Assembly (NCBI RefSeq): GCF_964355755.1
Contig: NC_092674.1
Span: 16,120,001 to 16,184,000 of the forward strand
Length of the DNA stretch: 64,000 nucleotides
From: Antedon mediterranea
Taxonomy: Eukaryota; Animalia; Echinodermata
Reading direction: 5' to 3'
The notes beneath the pieces are model-generated. The model worked only from the letters and a program-made list of their open reading frames with translations, ran no database searches and was not told the DNA's origin. Position 1 is the stretch's first letter, and each line of letters starts with the position of its first letter. Positions 10,635 through 23,150 of the stretch are shown piece after piece. The position numbers and the translations under genes were made by a program.

Positions 10635-13396
10635 TAAGTGGCGGAAATCGAAGCAGCTAGCGGATAAAGTTATCTTCGACGAAAAGCAAATGTTTGTCAT
10701 CGAACTAATAAAGAAGGGGAAAACATTGTTGTATACGTCCACATTTGAAAATTGCGACGTTAAAACCATGTATCGGACTTTATATGGACTTTTAGGCAAA
10801 CCATCTCACACTTTACCCACGTTGAATATTTCTAACCATACTCTTTGTAACGAATTTGCCAAGTTTTTTAGTAGTAAGATTTTTAAGATCAGGGCACGCA
10901 TTGATGATCTATCCATGGATAATTTAGATGTTGTTCCTATCCTTAATATTAATAGATTTAATGATGATGACAATAATTGTTCCCCACTCGAAAGTCTTTC
11001 TCCAATTAATGAGGAGGATATCCGCTGTATTATTAGCAAAATACCTTCCAAGTCCAGTCCTCTTGATACCCTCCCTACGTGGCTGATGAAAGAATGTGTT
11101 GATCCACTGGTTCCTTTAATTACCCATATTGCTAACTGCTCTTATGTGTCGGGGGAGTTTCCCTCTGATCTAAGAATGGCAGCAATCAATCCTATAATTA
11201 AGAAACCATCTCTCGACAGTAACCAACTTAGTAACTATAGACCCGTATTGAATTTGCCAACGTTGAGTAAGATCATTGAACGTTCAATTGTTAAGCTATT
11301 TAATGATCATCTGCAGAAGAATAATTTAAATGAACCCCTCCAATCGGCGTACAAATTAGCACATAGTACCGAAACGTCTCTATTAAAAGTTAAGACTGAT
11401 ATTGTCAATGAATTTGATAAATCTCGCGTGCTATAGTTTTACAGATAGCACCTATGGACAGTAGCAGAATCGGGTGTTTTATTAGACATGTCTTCAGCAT
11501 TCGACACTGTAGATCACGCTACCCTGATTAAGATAAGATAAGATAAATTTTATTGAACAAACGCTTTTGTATCAGCGGCACACGTTTGTAAGACGTTTGT
11601 GCGTTCATTTACAAGGCAATGTAAAAACAAACAGAAAAGTATCAACAAATAACATTTAAGTCTTAACTAAGAAGCGAATTATACAAGTAAAATGATGAAA
11701 TAGTAAAAACAAGGTAATCTTACAGATCGAACAATACTTAACCTATATGATGGAGTTGATAGATTGAAAAATGATTTAATATTAGGTTCAAATCATATGT
11801 AGTGAAACGGTATTGCAAAGTTACCATACTGGGATCAGAATCAGAATGTAGGCCTACTCCTCTGGATCATGGAGTGCCGCAGGGATCGACTTTAAGTCCA
11901 TCATTGTTCACTGCATATACTAAACCAATCTCTGACATAATGCAATCACATCGTGTATCATACCATATATACGCGGATGATACCCAGATGTATGTCCGTT
12001 TTGATCCCAGAAAACCATGTGATTTGAACGCAGCAGTAAGCAGGCTGAATAAATGTATTGACGATGTAAGGAAATGGATGTGTCTTCTTCAATTATAATG
12101 TTCAAAAAACTCTTGAAAACACATCTTTTCCCGAAATAATTATGTTCACCAGATGATCGGTCATTGTAAAGCGCTTTGATCCTTGTAAAGGCGCTATATA
12201 AATTGAAATGTTATGTTATGTTATCATCATAACATCTTTGTTTTCCAGTTCAATCCTCTGAAATATATTTTGTAAATATTGAAAAAGAACAGCTGTAGTA
12301 TTTAGGGGTCTATACCACAATAGAACAATTAGATTTTTACATTTATCACGTACTATTTCAATAGATAGGAGTTCGAGTTCATTACACATTAGATCATTCC
12401 TAATTTTGTGGATGGTTTTTAGGTTTATAATAGAGATTGTACATACACTTTATGAACAATTAAAGACCAATTTTAAGTGTGTACGACCAGTAATTATATA
12501 ATACTATGAGGTCAGAGGTCAATATTTAAAAAATGACCTTTCCTGCAACACTTTTATTAGCAAATAGACTAAATGTAAGCAGGGTCCTAAATATGCCCCT
12601 GAATATCAGCTGGCCTGCGGGTTCAGCTGGAAGGGTTACCCTCTATAAATAAAGTTGAAATAAATAAAATAAAATAAAATGTATGTTGTAAACAAGCTGA
12701 GACCACATTTAGCGGTTGCCAAGATATACAATCATATTAATGTAATGATATAGATTTATAATTGAAAAATCAACCTTAGTTTTACAATCCAATTTACCCA
12801 GAAAGGTCCAGTGAAGGAATTATTCAGAAGTTTTAATGTCCATTAGGCATAATTAGTTCCCTAAAGAAACAGTTGATTTGACCTATGATCTCTCCCATCG
12901 TAAAACTATTAGTATTATATTATATTGACAGTTTTTAGCAGAGATTCGACAGGACCAATCCATTATCGGAGAACCTTATATATACAATTAATCAAACCCT
13001 CCAAAAAGTGCCTGGACAAACTTAGGACCAATGAGTAAGCCCAGAGATGATGTAATGACATATGCTAATGAACAGAAGCCAATATACCCACAAGTTTCAG
13101 AAGAGCCCAGACACACCTCACAGATACTTCTTCGAAGACACACCTTACCGACACTTCCTCAGAAGCACATCTACAGCCACGCCTCACTTACAGCATCATT
13201 TATACTTTGTTCCTGTTTCTTTATTACCGTATTGTGCTGTATTGTATTGTGTAATTTACCATATTACTGAATAAATAATATTTTAATCAACCAAGCGAGT
13301 ATAGTCTTTTATGCAGCAAAATCTCACACACATTATATTACATTAATTACAGTAGGCCATTTTTATCAAACATTTTGAATAAAAGAAAAACGCGTC

Positions 13397-14751
13397 TCGG
13401 ACCTCTCCTTTTCCTCATTTACATCAATGATATCCAACAAGCCTCAAGTTCTTTTTCTTATGTTCTTTTTGCCGACGATTCCAATATTTTCCTCTCCAAT
13501 CCCGACCTTAACCAATTAACTTCAACTTTTAATTCCGAAATTCACCACGTCTCAAACTGGTTCAAAACTAACAAACTCTCATTAAACATTGGTAAAACTA
13601 ACTTTATTCACTTCTCAAATAGTTAAAAATCTAATAAAAACCCCATCGAAATATTCATAGACGATGTTTTAATCAAACAAGTTGATCATACTCAATTCCT
13701 TGGAGTGACAATTGACAACAAACTGAACTGGAAGCGTCACATTAATACAATTTCCAACACAATCTCTCGATCTATAGGTATAATAAACAAACTCAAATTC
13801 ACTTCCCCACAAAACATTTTACTTTCCCTTTATAATACCCTTATCCTGCCACATCTTAATTATTGTAACATTGCTTGGGCTGTCACACATTCTAAACACC
13901 AAACACTTTGTCCATGGACTAGCACAGAAACAACAAGACTTGACAAACTTTTTAAACTACAAAAAAAGGCGATCCGCATCTGTACCCATTCCCAACACCT
14001 CACTCATTCCAAACACCTTTTCTACAAAGTAAAAACTCTTAACATCTTCGACATAAATAATTTACAGACTGCTTTGTTCATGCACAAATTTAGTAATCAG
14101 AAACTTCCTATCACATTTAATCGATTCTTTACAAAAAACAACGAAGTTCACAATTATAACACCCGCAACTCTAATAAATATATCCCAATCAATAACCATT
14201 CCACAGCAAGAAACTCAATTAAATCCACTGGCCCTATTTTATGGAATTCTTTTCACACCTCCCTAACTAACCGCTCTTTCGAATCCTTCAAGTTTAGCTA
14301 CAAATCATCGTTGGTATCAAAGTATTCAATCGATCTCCCCTAAGAATTCAGTCGTTATCCTCTAACCATGGAGGTATACTAACCCAGTTTTTTAACTCTT
14401 GTCCAGCGTCTTTGTCCCTTCTGTCCTCGTTCTGTCACGTGTTTTGTCCTGTGTCTTGTTGTGTGTATGTAGCTTAAATTGTTTATCATTTTGTCTTTAT
14501 TCTTGTTATTTATTTATTCATATTTTATTTTCATTTATTTATTTATTGACTACTTTGGAAACAATTATTATATATACTTTTTGAATTATTGTTTTTTTCT
14601 GGTGGAACTAGCCTTAAAGCCCTCTGGGCTTATTTATGTTTCTCCAGCATAAGTGCATTATAATTATAAAAAAAACACACTGTAATATTATTTCACAATG
14701 ATGTACCTTATGAAAATAAATTGAATTGAATTGAATTGAAAAATTGAATTG
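13397..14751 (+). mobile_element. 5'-truncated CR1-group (Crack/Daphne-like) LINE nested in the L2
   Basis: RT motifs LGPLLFLIYINDI, LFADDSN, WFKTNKLSLN, FLGVTIDNKLNW, LYNTLILPHLNYC, QKKAIR, HNYNTR. AATAAA followed by a (TTGAA)n tail. Confidence 0.85.
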
Positions 14752-14906
14752 AAAATGTTTTGTTGATGGATTTTTGTTGATTTTGGATATGTAATTAATA
14801 AAATTCCGCTTCCGAATTTTTCCGGGTAGGGCCCATATTTTTTTTTTAACTACTACCAGACTATCAACCACCAAGATTTCTATAATTATAATATAAACTA
14901 TGATCA

Positions 14907-15125
14907 GAGTGGAGTTGTGGCTTGGTGGTTATGATGCTTGGCTACCAACCTAAGGGTCCGGGTTCAAGTCCTGTCATATGTCAGGATTTTTTCTCATGAC
15001 AATTTGCAACTCTACTCTCATTGTAGAGCATCTTGTGTATATGTTTGTCGTGTGAACAGGGGAGTTATCTTTGAGAGAAGGACAGTGATGGAGTTCACTT
15101 GTGGTTATCCTTTACAATTTGCCTA
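14907..15125 (+). mobile_element. tRNA-derived SINE
   Basis: Pol III A box TGGCTTGGTGG and B box GGTTCAAGTCC at tRNA-like spacing. No complete cloverleaf. The 3' limit is approximate. Confidence 0.55.
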
Positions 15126-17654
15126 AAATTGAATTTTGTAAAAATCAGATCAAGCTCAAATGTCATTAGGGGCTGCGGTGGTATTTTTCTTTCACAACAG
15201 TGAATAGAAAGTCGGCCATTCTGAATAATTTAGTATAATTTTTAAAGTGGCCAGTCGTTCATAGATTTTGAGATCTAAATGTAGGGTCAATGGTCAAAAC
15301 ATGCATTTCTAGTCATTTTTACTTTTTTATATTATATATTAAAATGAATATAAAATATGGGCTTTAGACTATGCAATTGTTTCACAGGAAACAAAAGAGT
15401 TGGTGACTATGATTTCTCATATCTCAAAAACTATTTCTGCGTCGTCTTTTCACTTGCGAAACATTCGAAGGATTCGCAAGTTTATAAATGAGACAGCAGC
15501 TAAACAACTTGTTCATGCTTTTGTCACTTCACGACTAGATATGGGAAACTCTTTGCTATACGGGCTACCACAAAAACAACTCCACAGGCTCCAACTGATT
15601 CAAAATACAGCGGCACGAGTTGTTAAAAAATTACCAAGATATGGACACATATCAAATACTTTGGAAATATTGCATTGGCTCCCTGTTAGGTACCGCATTG
15701 TTTTTAAAATATTACTCTTTGTTTTTAAGTCTATAAATGGCATGGCTCCTGAGTATATTTCTGACATGCTTAGGCTGTATGTTCCCGGACGTAATCTGCG
15801 TTCTAGTGACTCGCTGCTTCTACATCAGCCTAAGTCTCACCACTCATGGGGTGACAGAGCATTCTCCGTTACTGCTCCTCGTCTGTGGAATGCTCTACCG
15901 AGCTCTATAAGATTTTGCAAAACTGTTGATACTTTTAAAAAATTATTAAAAACGCATTTATTCATTAAGGCATATGGAAATCATGAGGTTTCTTAAAGTT
16001 GTTTAGACTTAGAATTGTTTTGTATACCTTTTCCTGGCCAGCATTATCTTTGGGGTGCCTCTGTCTTGGTTGTTGTCTCTGAGCACCCGGTCGTCTGTGG
16101 CAAGGCAAATGTGTATCCTGCTCCTTTGTTTGGTCACCTAGGTAGGGGTCCGGGACCGCGACAGAACGACAACGGATGGGGAATTTGTCAGGAATTTGTA
16201 TGATTTATTTCTTTTTTATTTTTAAATGCGCCTTGAGCACTCTGGAGTGGTATGTGCGCTTTAAAAATCTTATTATTATTATTATGAACTAGGTGTATAT
16301 AATTATGGAAGTGATCGCAACTTGTTGATAGTAAATTGAATGGCAAACAATAATAATTACCAAGTATGAAAACGAAATCAAATAAAAAACGATGGAACAT
16401 ACCTAAAGACTGGGGTGAATTTAGTAATTCAGTTAAAAATGAATTTGTCCACTGGGACCCTAATCTATTAAATGCTAATGATGCTTGGTTGGAGTGGAAA
16501 TATAAAGTAACTTTAGCTGCAGAAAGTACAATCGCTTATAAGAAAAAAACAGCCAATCAAAAAGGTATGATTTGATAAGGAATCAAAACAAGCAATAAAT
16601 CAGCGAAGAAATTCTTGTACAGCTCATGGTTTATGCTAAGAAAAAGAGTGACAGAGAAATCTACCGAGATAAACGAAAATTCTGTCGATCTTTTTTTAAG
16701 CGTAAAGTAATGCAGAAGAAATTATTTAACTGCTTAACAATTATGGAAAAAGGAGGGCCTCAATCCAAAGAATTCTGGAATGAACTTAAAGGAAGTGAAC
16801 GTCAACAAAATGTCGACGATTTGTCCAACCGATTCTGCTACTGTCCACAGGTGCTATCGGATGACAGCAACGGCAACATTCGAGAGAAGCTGCAAGAGCC
16901 TCTAAGATCACACCTGTATACAATGAATGATACTTCCCGGTCTTTGAAACATCTCTCCAAAGTTGAGTTCGCTTCCACCACCAAAGCAAATCATTCGCTA
17001 TCTTATGTACCAATAATGCCTGTGTGAGACAATTCAAAAGAGACAGAGGGAATACACTGCTTAATTTAGAATGAACAGAGTGTCTGTTCATTTTTAAAGG
17101 ACCACCTTTCCCGGTTTATTTTTGCCGGTTGCATTCAGCAACAACTTTTGTTTTAGTTTCTTTAAAATGATATTTTCGCAATAATGTTAACATAAAACTA
17201 TCCTATTAATTTAATTTAAACAGCTTACATTATCAACTTCGACAAACAATTGTTTCATACATTATTAAACAAAGGTGCAATCAACAAGTTCCTTGCTATA
17301 ATTTATAGTTTATATAGTGTAGGGGTATCGCGTTCGTTTAGGGGAGTTTAAGGGTGGGGAATAAATAATTGGTATACGATGTTCATGTACCAGAACCTCG
17401 ATTCTCGCATAAAACAATATATTGCGAGGGTCGAGGTTCTTTGGAGTCACTGGCTACAAAATTTGTTTGTTTGTTTACGTTGAGGAAAAAGTGTATTTTT
17501 TTTTTGTATGGAAGTATGATGTTATATACCATGCTATTATAGGAGTTTTTTAAAACGGAAATGTTAAGCTTTTGATTTTGGAATTATTTCCAGCTTCTTG
17601 TGTGTGAACAATAAAACTTAAAACTCGTTTTTCTATGAAATTTTGTTTAATTCA

Positions 17655-19283
17655 CTATTGGTTGTCTGCTGCAGCATCTGGAATAGTTCTGCTGTTTCGC
17701 CGTCGATGCCTGCTTGCCCATCGCCAGATCCGTCGAAGCCACGGCACAAGAATTCGCCAACGGCGGCGGCGAGGTTGGGCAGTAGTAGTACCTTCCTGCT
17801 GATTCTTGCCTACTGTTGCGTTATCACCATCGATGGCTGGCGTCGTGGTCTCGTCACAATGTGCCATTACATCTCCTTGGTGTTGATTACTGCCTACTAT
17901 TGCGTTATCACCATCAATGGTTGGCGTCGTGTGGTCTCGTCACAATGTGCCATTACATCTCCTTGGTTTTGATTACTGCCAACTGTTGCGTTATGACCAT
18001 CGATGGCTGGCGTCGTGGTCTCGTCACAATGTGCCATTACATCTCCTTGGTGTTGATTACTGCCTACTATTGCGTTATCACCATCAATGATTGGCGTCGT
18101 GGTCTCGTCACAATGTGCCATTACATCTCCTTGGTTTTGATTACTGCCTACTGTTGCGTTATCACCATCGATGGCTGCCACCGTGGTCTCGTCACAATGT
18201 GCCATTACATCTCCTTGGTTTTGATTACTGCCTACTGTTGCGTTATCACCATCGATGGCTGCCGTCGTGGTCTCGTCACAATGTGCCATTACATCTCCTT
18301 GGTTTTGATTACTGCCTACTGTTGCGTTATCACCATCGATGGCTGCCGTCCTGGTCTCGTCACAATGTACCATTACATCTCCTTGGTGTTGATTACTGCC
18401 TACTGTTGCGTTATCACCATCGATGGCTGGCGTCGTGTTCTCGTCACCATGTGCCATTACATCTCCTTGGTGTTGGTTCGTAGCTCTATCACCAGCACTA
18501 TGATCCATTACTCTATTCCTATCTTCGTTCCCAAATAACTGTCGTCCAGTCAGTAACGCTTGTGATTCCTCATTTTGGCGGGAATTTCGTACTTCTTGAA
18601 CATCGGCTACACTATTAGCACGATTAAATTTACGTTGCCTGATTTCAACTATGTATTCGCATAGCTGTGCAAATTCTTCCTCCGCTTCGCGTTTCATTTT
18701 CATCCTCATTTCTTTTCTCAGAAAATATCTCTTTCTAAAACCGTCATCTGGGAAAATCTGTAAATTCTTCGCATTTTCATCTCGTTTTCTTGATTTTAAA
18801 CTCATTTCGTATGCGTGTGCACACCTCTGACGTGTGTTTTCATAATATTATAGTATTTTTTCATCTATCGTTCTTCCGGAGAAATCAGCAGCCGGTGGTT
18901 CATCCCCTTGTATATTTGTAACTCGTCTATCGGCTAAGTCCACACAATCGGACATCAGATCAGTAAACCGTTGAATTTCAGAACGGGCACTTACTAGCAA
19001 GTTTCTGATTGTTCCAGCATCACAATCATTTGTTGAATTTACTGAAACTTGTTTAGGTCTTCTGAACGATGGCGGTAATTCGAGAGAGCGCTCTCGGTTG
19101 TTCGGTTTACGTCTACGGCGGGTCTCAGACTTATGCACAGGACCTTAATAAAAAAATGAAGATGAATTGTTGTACAGTATAGGCCTAAATCAATTTAATA
19201 ATCAATGCAATTACAGTATTATACTATTATTAGAGCACAAAAATATTACATAAGTAAATTATCTTACCATTTGGCATATCCAT
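17655..19283 (-). pseudogene. Spliced orphan gene (~500 aa) with 8 x 28-aa repeats; one nonsense codon and one frameshift
   Basis: Exon 1 is 19283-19268 (MDMPN-G|GTAAG). The acceptor TTTTATTAAG opens exon 2 at 19143. ORFs 18848-19138 and 17897-18805 are in frame across a single TAA. A 2-nt insertion in one repeat unit (~17930) shifts to ORF 17655-17867. Confidence 0.6.
17801..18474. repeat. 84-bp coding minisatellite, 8 copies
   Basis: Unit GATTACTGCCTACTGTTGCG...ATCTCCTTGGTGTT. One unit is 86 bp. The minus strand encodes QGDVMAHCDETTTPAIDGDNATVGSNQN. Confidence 0.95.
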
Positions 19284-21229
19284 TTATTAATTCTTTTAGA
19301 TTTCTAGGTAATAATAGCAGATGTGGTCAGCATAAACGATTTTTTCGTTTCAGCTGTTCAATTGAATGTTTATTATTTCTGTTTCCATAGTACATTTGAC
19401 CCGCATTCACTAGTAAAACGCGCGCGTACCAACACAGATCGGAAACGATGTGCGCGCGTGTCACAGTGCGTTGTGCAATTCGGAAATGGTTCAAATATGG
19501 AGGAGCGACACCAAATGCGCAGACAGAAAGTGGGGAAACACCGATGCAATACGTCTTGTTGAAGTTGCAAAGCTTCTTCAATAACGATTTGGAAGCAATG
19601 GACAGCATGTGTAGCGAGAAATGAAGGATTCTTAATAACAACGGAGCCGTCTGGACATTAAGTTTCAGTCGAGAAGACCCATTTACCCTCCTACCACTTG
19701 ATTGGTTTGCCATACATATCAGAGACAGCGAGTGTTGTTATAGAAGGATCTGATATTGTTTGTCTTTATGACAGCAATGGAAACATTCCAGAGAAGCTGC
19801 AAGAGCCTCTAAGATCACAGCTGATTACAATGAACGATACTCCCCGGTCTTTGAAACATATGGGTCGTTGATTTGTCCATAATTATTGCATTTTGCCGGA
19901 GATTCCCTATTATTTAAGTATTTCCGTATTTATCTTCATCTTATGTCCTAATATTGAGCAAAATTTTCGTAGAAATTACGAACGTTCCAAAGTTTTAAAT
20001 AAAAGTGTTTGCTTCTTTTTGCAAATTTCGATCATAGTTTATTTTCTTCGTTTAAGCAACGCTGATGTACAGTTTATAGTGGATAAATGAAAAATGAGCT
20101 TTGGAAATTGTGGTTTTACTGATTTATTGATCAAAATAATACAATTTAACGTTTTGCTTAATATATTTATAGCAGCAGCTTCAAGTATTTTGTATTCAAC
20201 TTTTTTAAATTAATAATTGATAATAATCATTAATTTGTATTTATTGATTATAATTGCCAGAATTTATTAGCTTACTGGAAGTACATTCGTCGGGGACCTC
20301 TTCCGAAGTTAAATAATGTCGCGTGTGCTTTACCGGCGGAAAAATTAGGCGGCATACGATGGTATTATTGCTGTTTGGTAGCCCGATATAGAGTGTCATT
20401 TCCGACGAACTATAGGTGCGATTTATCGTGAATTTTACGTGCGGGATTACCATTTCCGGCCCTCTAGGGTGTAATTTAACAAAAATCGCTTCGCCACAGG
20501 CCTCTAAAAAATCGTTATCTACGGTCCTGACCTCGTGGGCAACCACCTTAAAATAGTTCTGCGACCGCTCCTGGTCGTTATCATATACACCAGACAAAGA
20601 TGATATGAAAAATTCATTGAAACTGCACTTTGGTAATATTGCAAATAACAGTAACGATAAAATGCACTCTCCAGATATAAGTAACAGCTAGTCATCAGCA
20701 AGCTTGTGATCATGGTTTAGATGATATAACTATTTCGTTTTGAGGATGTTGCTTATGTTCTATCAAAGGCTAAAATAAATAAAAGTCCAGTCACCGATTC
20801 CATAACAAATGAAATGTTGAAACATGTATGTGATCTCATGACCTTATCTCTCCAAACATTATTTACCAGGATCATCCAAACTGAAAGAATCCAAATTGGC
20901 GCTTTGTTTTTTGCCGACGACGTTGTTTTAATTGGTGATAATGAATTAGAACTTGCAAAGCTCCTTAAAGTAGTTAGTAAGTATTCAAAAAAATGGAGGC
21001 TAGAATTTTTGAAAAATCAAATGTAGGCCTACTAATTACAGGATAAAGAGTAGAACATGGAATCTTGGTAAACATTATATTACGGAAAAAGAATCCTATA
21101 AATATCTTGGTGTTATAATCTCTAGGTCATATACTGATTCACATAATGTTAATGAAGTAATTAAAAAGGGAAATAGGATAATTGCTTATATTACGAACAA
21201 CCAGCAGGAAGATTTCAATAGGGTTTACT

Positions 21230-23150
21230 TTTTTTGTGGCGTAATCTACCACATTTATTCGTTCATCATAATTATTATACATACATATTAACATATTACT
21301 CTCTTTTTTTCATTTTCTTGAATTTAGGATAGGCCTACTCAAAGTTATAATAAATAAAGTAAAAATGCATATAATAATGTTTACAATACAGTGTAATATA
21401 TATATTTGTATATCTAAAATTTCTATATAAAATATTTCATCAGGAGGTGGAAACACCATGAATGATTAATAAAAAGTATCTTATATATGGTAAATATATG
21501 ACTAGCACCATTTGCATTGCAGTTTTTTTTTTTCACTTTTGTTGTGTAACATAAACTGAATTTATTCAAAGTTACCGTAATTCATGCAATATAATTATGC
21601 TACATTGTATGGTAAAATAAATATAATAAAACACATTTAAATCAAACCTACGGCAGTCATATCAACATTAGATTTAAAGACCACCCATGGATTTTGACAA
21701 AACAGTTTTTTTAATTCATTATATATTTTGATTCTATATAGAATAGGTAGCGATTGTAATATAATTGTTTTTTTGTATAATTTCCACTGCCAAGAATCAA
21801 GAATGAGATCTTTAAAAGAGCTTTTACTACCATCAATATTTTTTTTAATGTCATCTATATTTCCCCATAATTTCTTGTTACCTGGACATTCAAAGAACAT
21901 GTGTTTTTCATCGTCTAAGGCATCACAATTATTGCATTTACTAGTACTCTTAATATTCCACAAATAATTGGTAACTATTGGTAGGAATAGTTCGATTCAA
22001 CAATTTATAATTAAATTGTGCATTTTTTGTTTTTTTTATTAAATACTTTTTGTTTCCAAACTTATATTTTATCGTATTTTTAAAAACATTTTCCCATTTA
22101 GGTATACATTGAGAAGGAATACAAATGCTTTTGTGGTCGTTTCTGTATCGATTACGTCACATTGTTTTTCTTAATTACATTTATCCATATTTTTGGAATT
22201 GCCTCAACAAGTGTAGTGTATTCACTAATCCAATTTCTTTCTATACACAAATTATTCTTTATTTCACTTGTGTTTAAAAAACGATTAAAGAAAACAACGT
22301 GTTTCACTTTTGTAAACCCTGATGAAACCGAATTTTTATCAAATAAAGCTTTGTTATTTATTTTAATATTCTTATTTCCCCATAAATATTTTACAACAAT
22401 CTGTTCATAATTACTGATTATCACAATTAAGTTAAAATATTCGATTGATGTAATGCAAAGGCAACAATTTCCACCTTACATGTTTTCTCGATAGGAGATT
22501 TCTTGCTCATTTATTGCTTTTACTTGTAGTGAGAAATCAGGCATGCCAATGCCTCCTTCTAACGGTTTACCAATTATAGTTTTTCTTTTTATTTTTTATT
22601 TTTTTCCATTCCATAAAAATTTATATAACAATTTATTTACTTTCGCGATAACATGGTTAGGTACATCTATAATTGAAACATTGTATACCAATTTTGACAA
22701 TGCGAGACTTTTTAAAATTGTCACCTTACATAATATGTTGATCTCTCATTTTCCAAGTATTCAGTAGTCTTTCAAAGTTTATCATTTTAGCGTCCACTTT
22801 TGCACAATCTGGTATTGTATCCAATATAGATTCCTAATATCTTAATTGGTTTATCTACCCAATTCAACTTACCAGGCTTCTCAATTCTATTTCTATTTTT
22901 ACCTATCCACATAGCGTTGGTTTTATGCTCATTTAAACACATACCAGACACTTTACAAAATTCTTTTACAATTTTTACACTCCTAGTTATACTTTTGTCA
23001 TTTCCGACAAACAACACCGTATCTTCAAGCTGCGCAATACGCACCTCTCAAAACTACAATTTTTGTTAGGAACTGGTATTCCTTTTATATTAAATCAACA
23101 ATATATAAAAAGTCCATCTACTCCAAGCCATTACTTCTGTTGTAAGGATA
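21230..23150 (-). mobile_element. 5'-truncated L1/Tx1-clade LINE
   Basis: Degenerate RT (IAQLEDT for QYADDT, LNEHKT..MWIG, IKILGIYIG) and a C-terminal CCHC knuckle CNNC...HMFFEC. T-run at the left end. 13-bp TSD AATAGGGTTTACT (21217-21229) / AATAGGATTTACT (23151-23163). Confidence 0.8.

Larger units (their letters stand above)
5368..16283 (+). mobile_element. Decayed L2-clade LINE ORF2, split by nested insertions
   Basis: APE endonuclease motifs (DILLITETW, AVYRPP, GHTLDHV, SDH) at 5368-6150; WFTDD...RRKAER|KWRKSK across the Harbinger insertions; RT motifs NYRPVLNLP, DMSSAFDTVDH, GVPQGS, YADDTQ at 10638-12095; L2 C-terminus (FVTSRLD, LHWLPVRYRI, RAFS..APRLWNALP) at 15400-15996; L2-type 3' end GCGCCTTGAG...GCGCTTTA...(TTA)n at 16228-16283. 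Contains stops and frameshifts. Confidence 0.9.

Noticed and set aside
10492-11436. 314-aa ORF as a standalone gene
   Set aside because: The first ~48 codons are Harbinger MITE sequence that happens to run in frame into the L2 RT fragment.
14907-14985. tRNA gene (also the tRNA-like head near 32782-32848)
   Set aside because: A and B boxes are present, but there is no complete acceptor stem or cloverleaf. These are better explained as SINE heads.
17816-18538. 240-aa and 130-aa plus-strand Cys-rich/hydrophobic repeat ORFs
   Set aside because: These are shadow frames of the 84-bp repeat. Only the minus frame extends into unique coding-like sequence on both sides.
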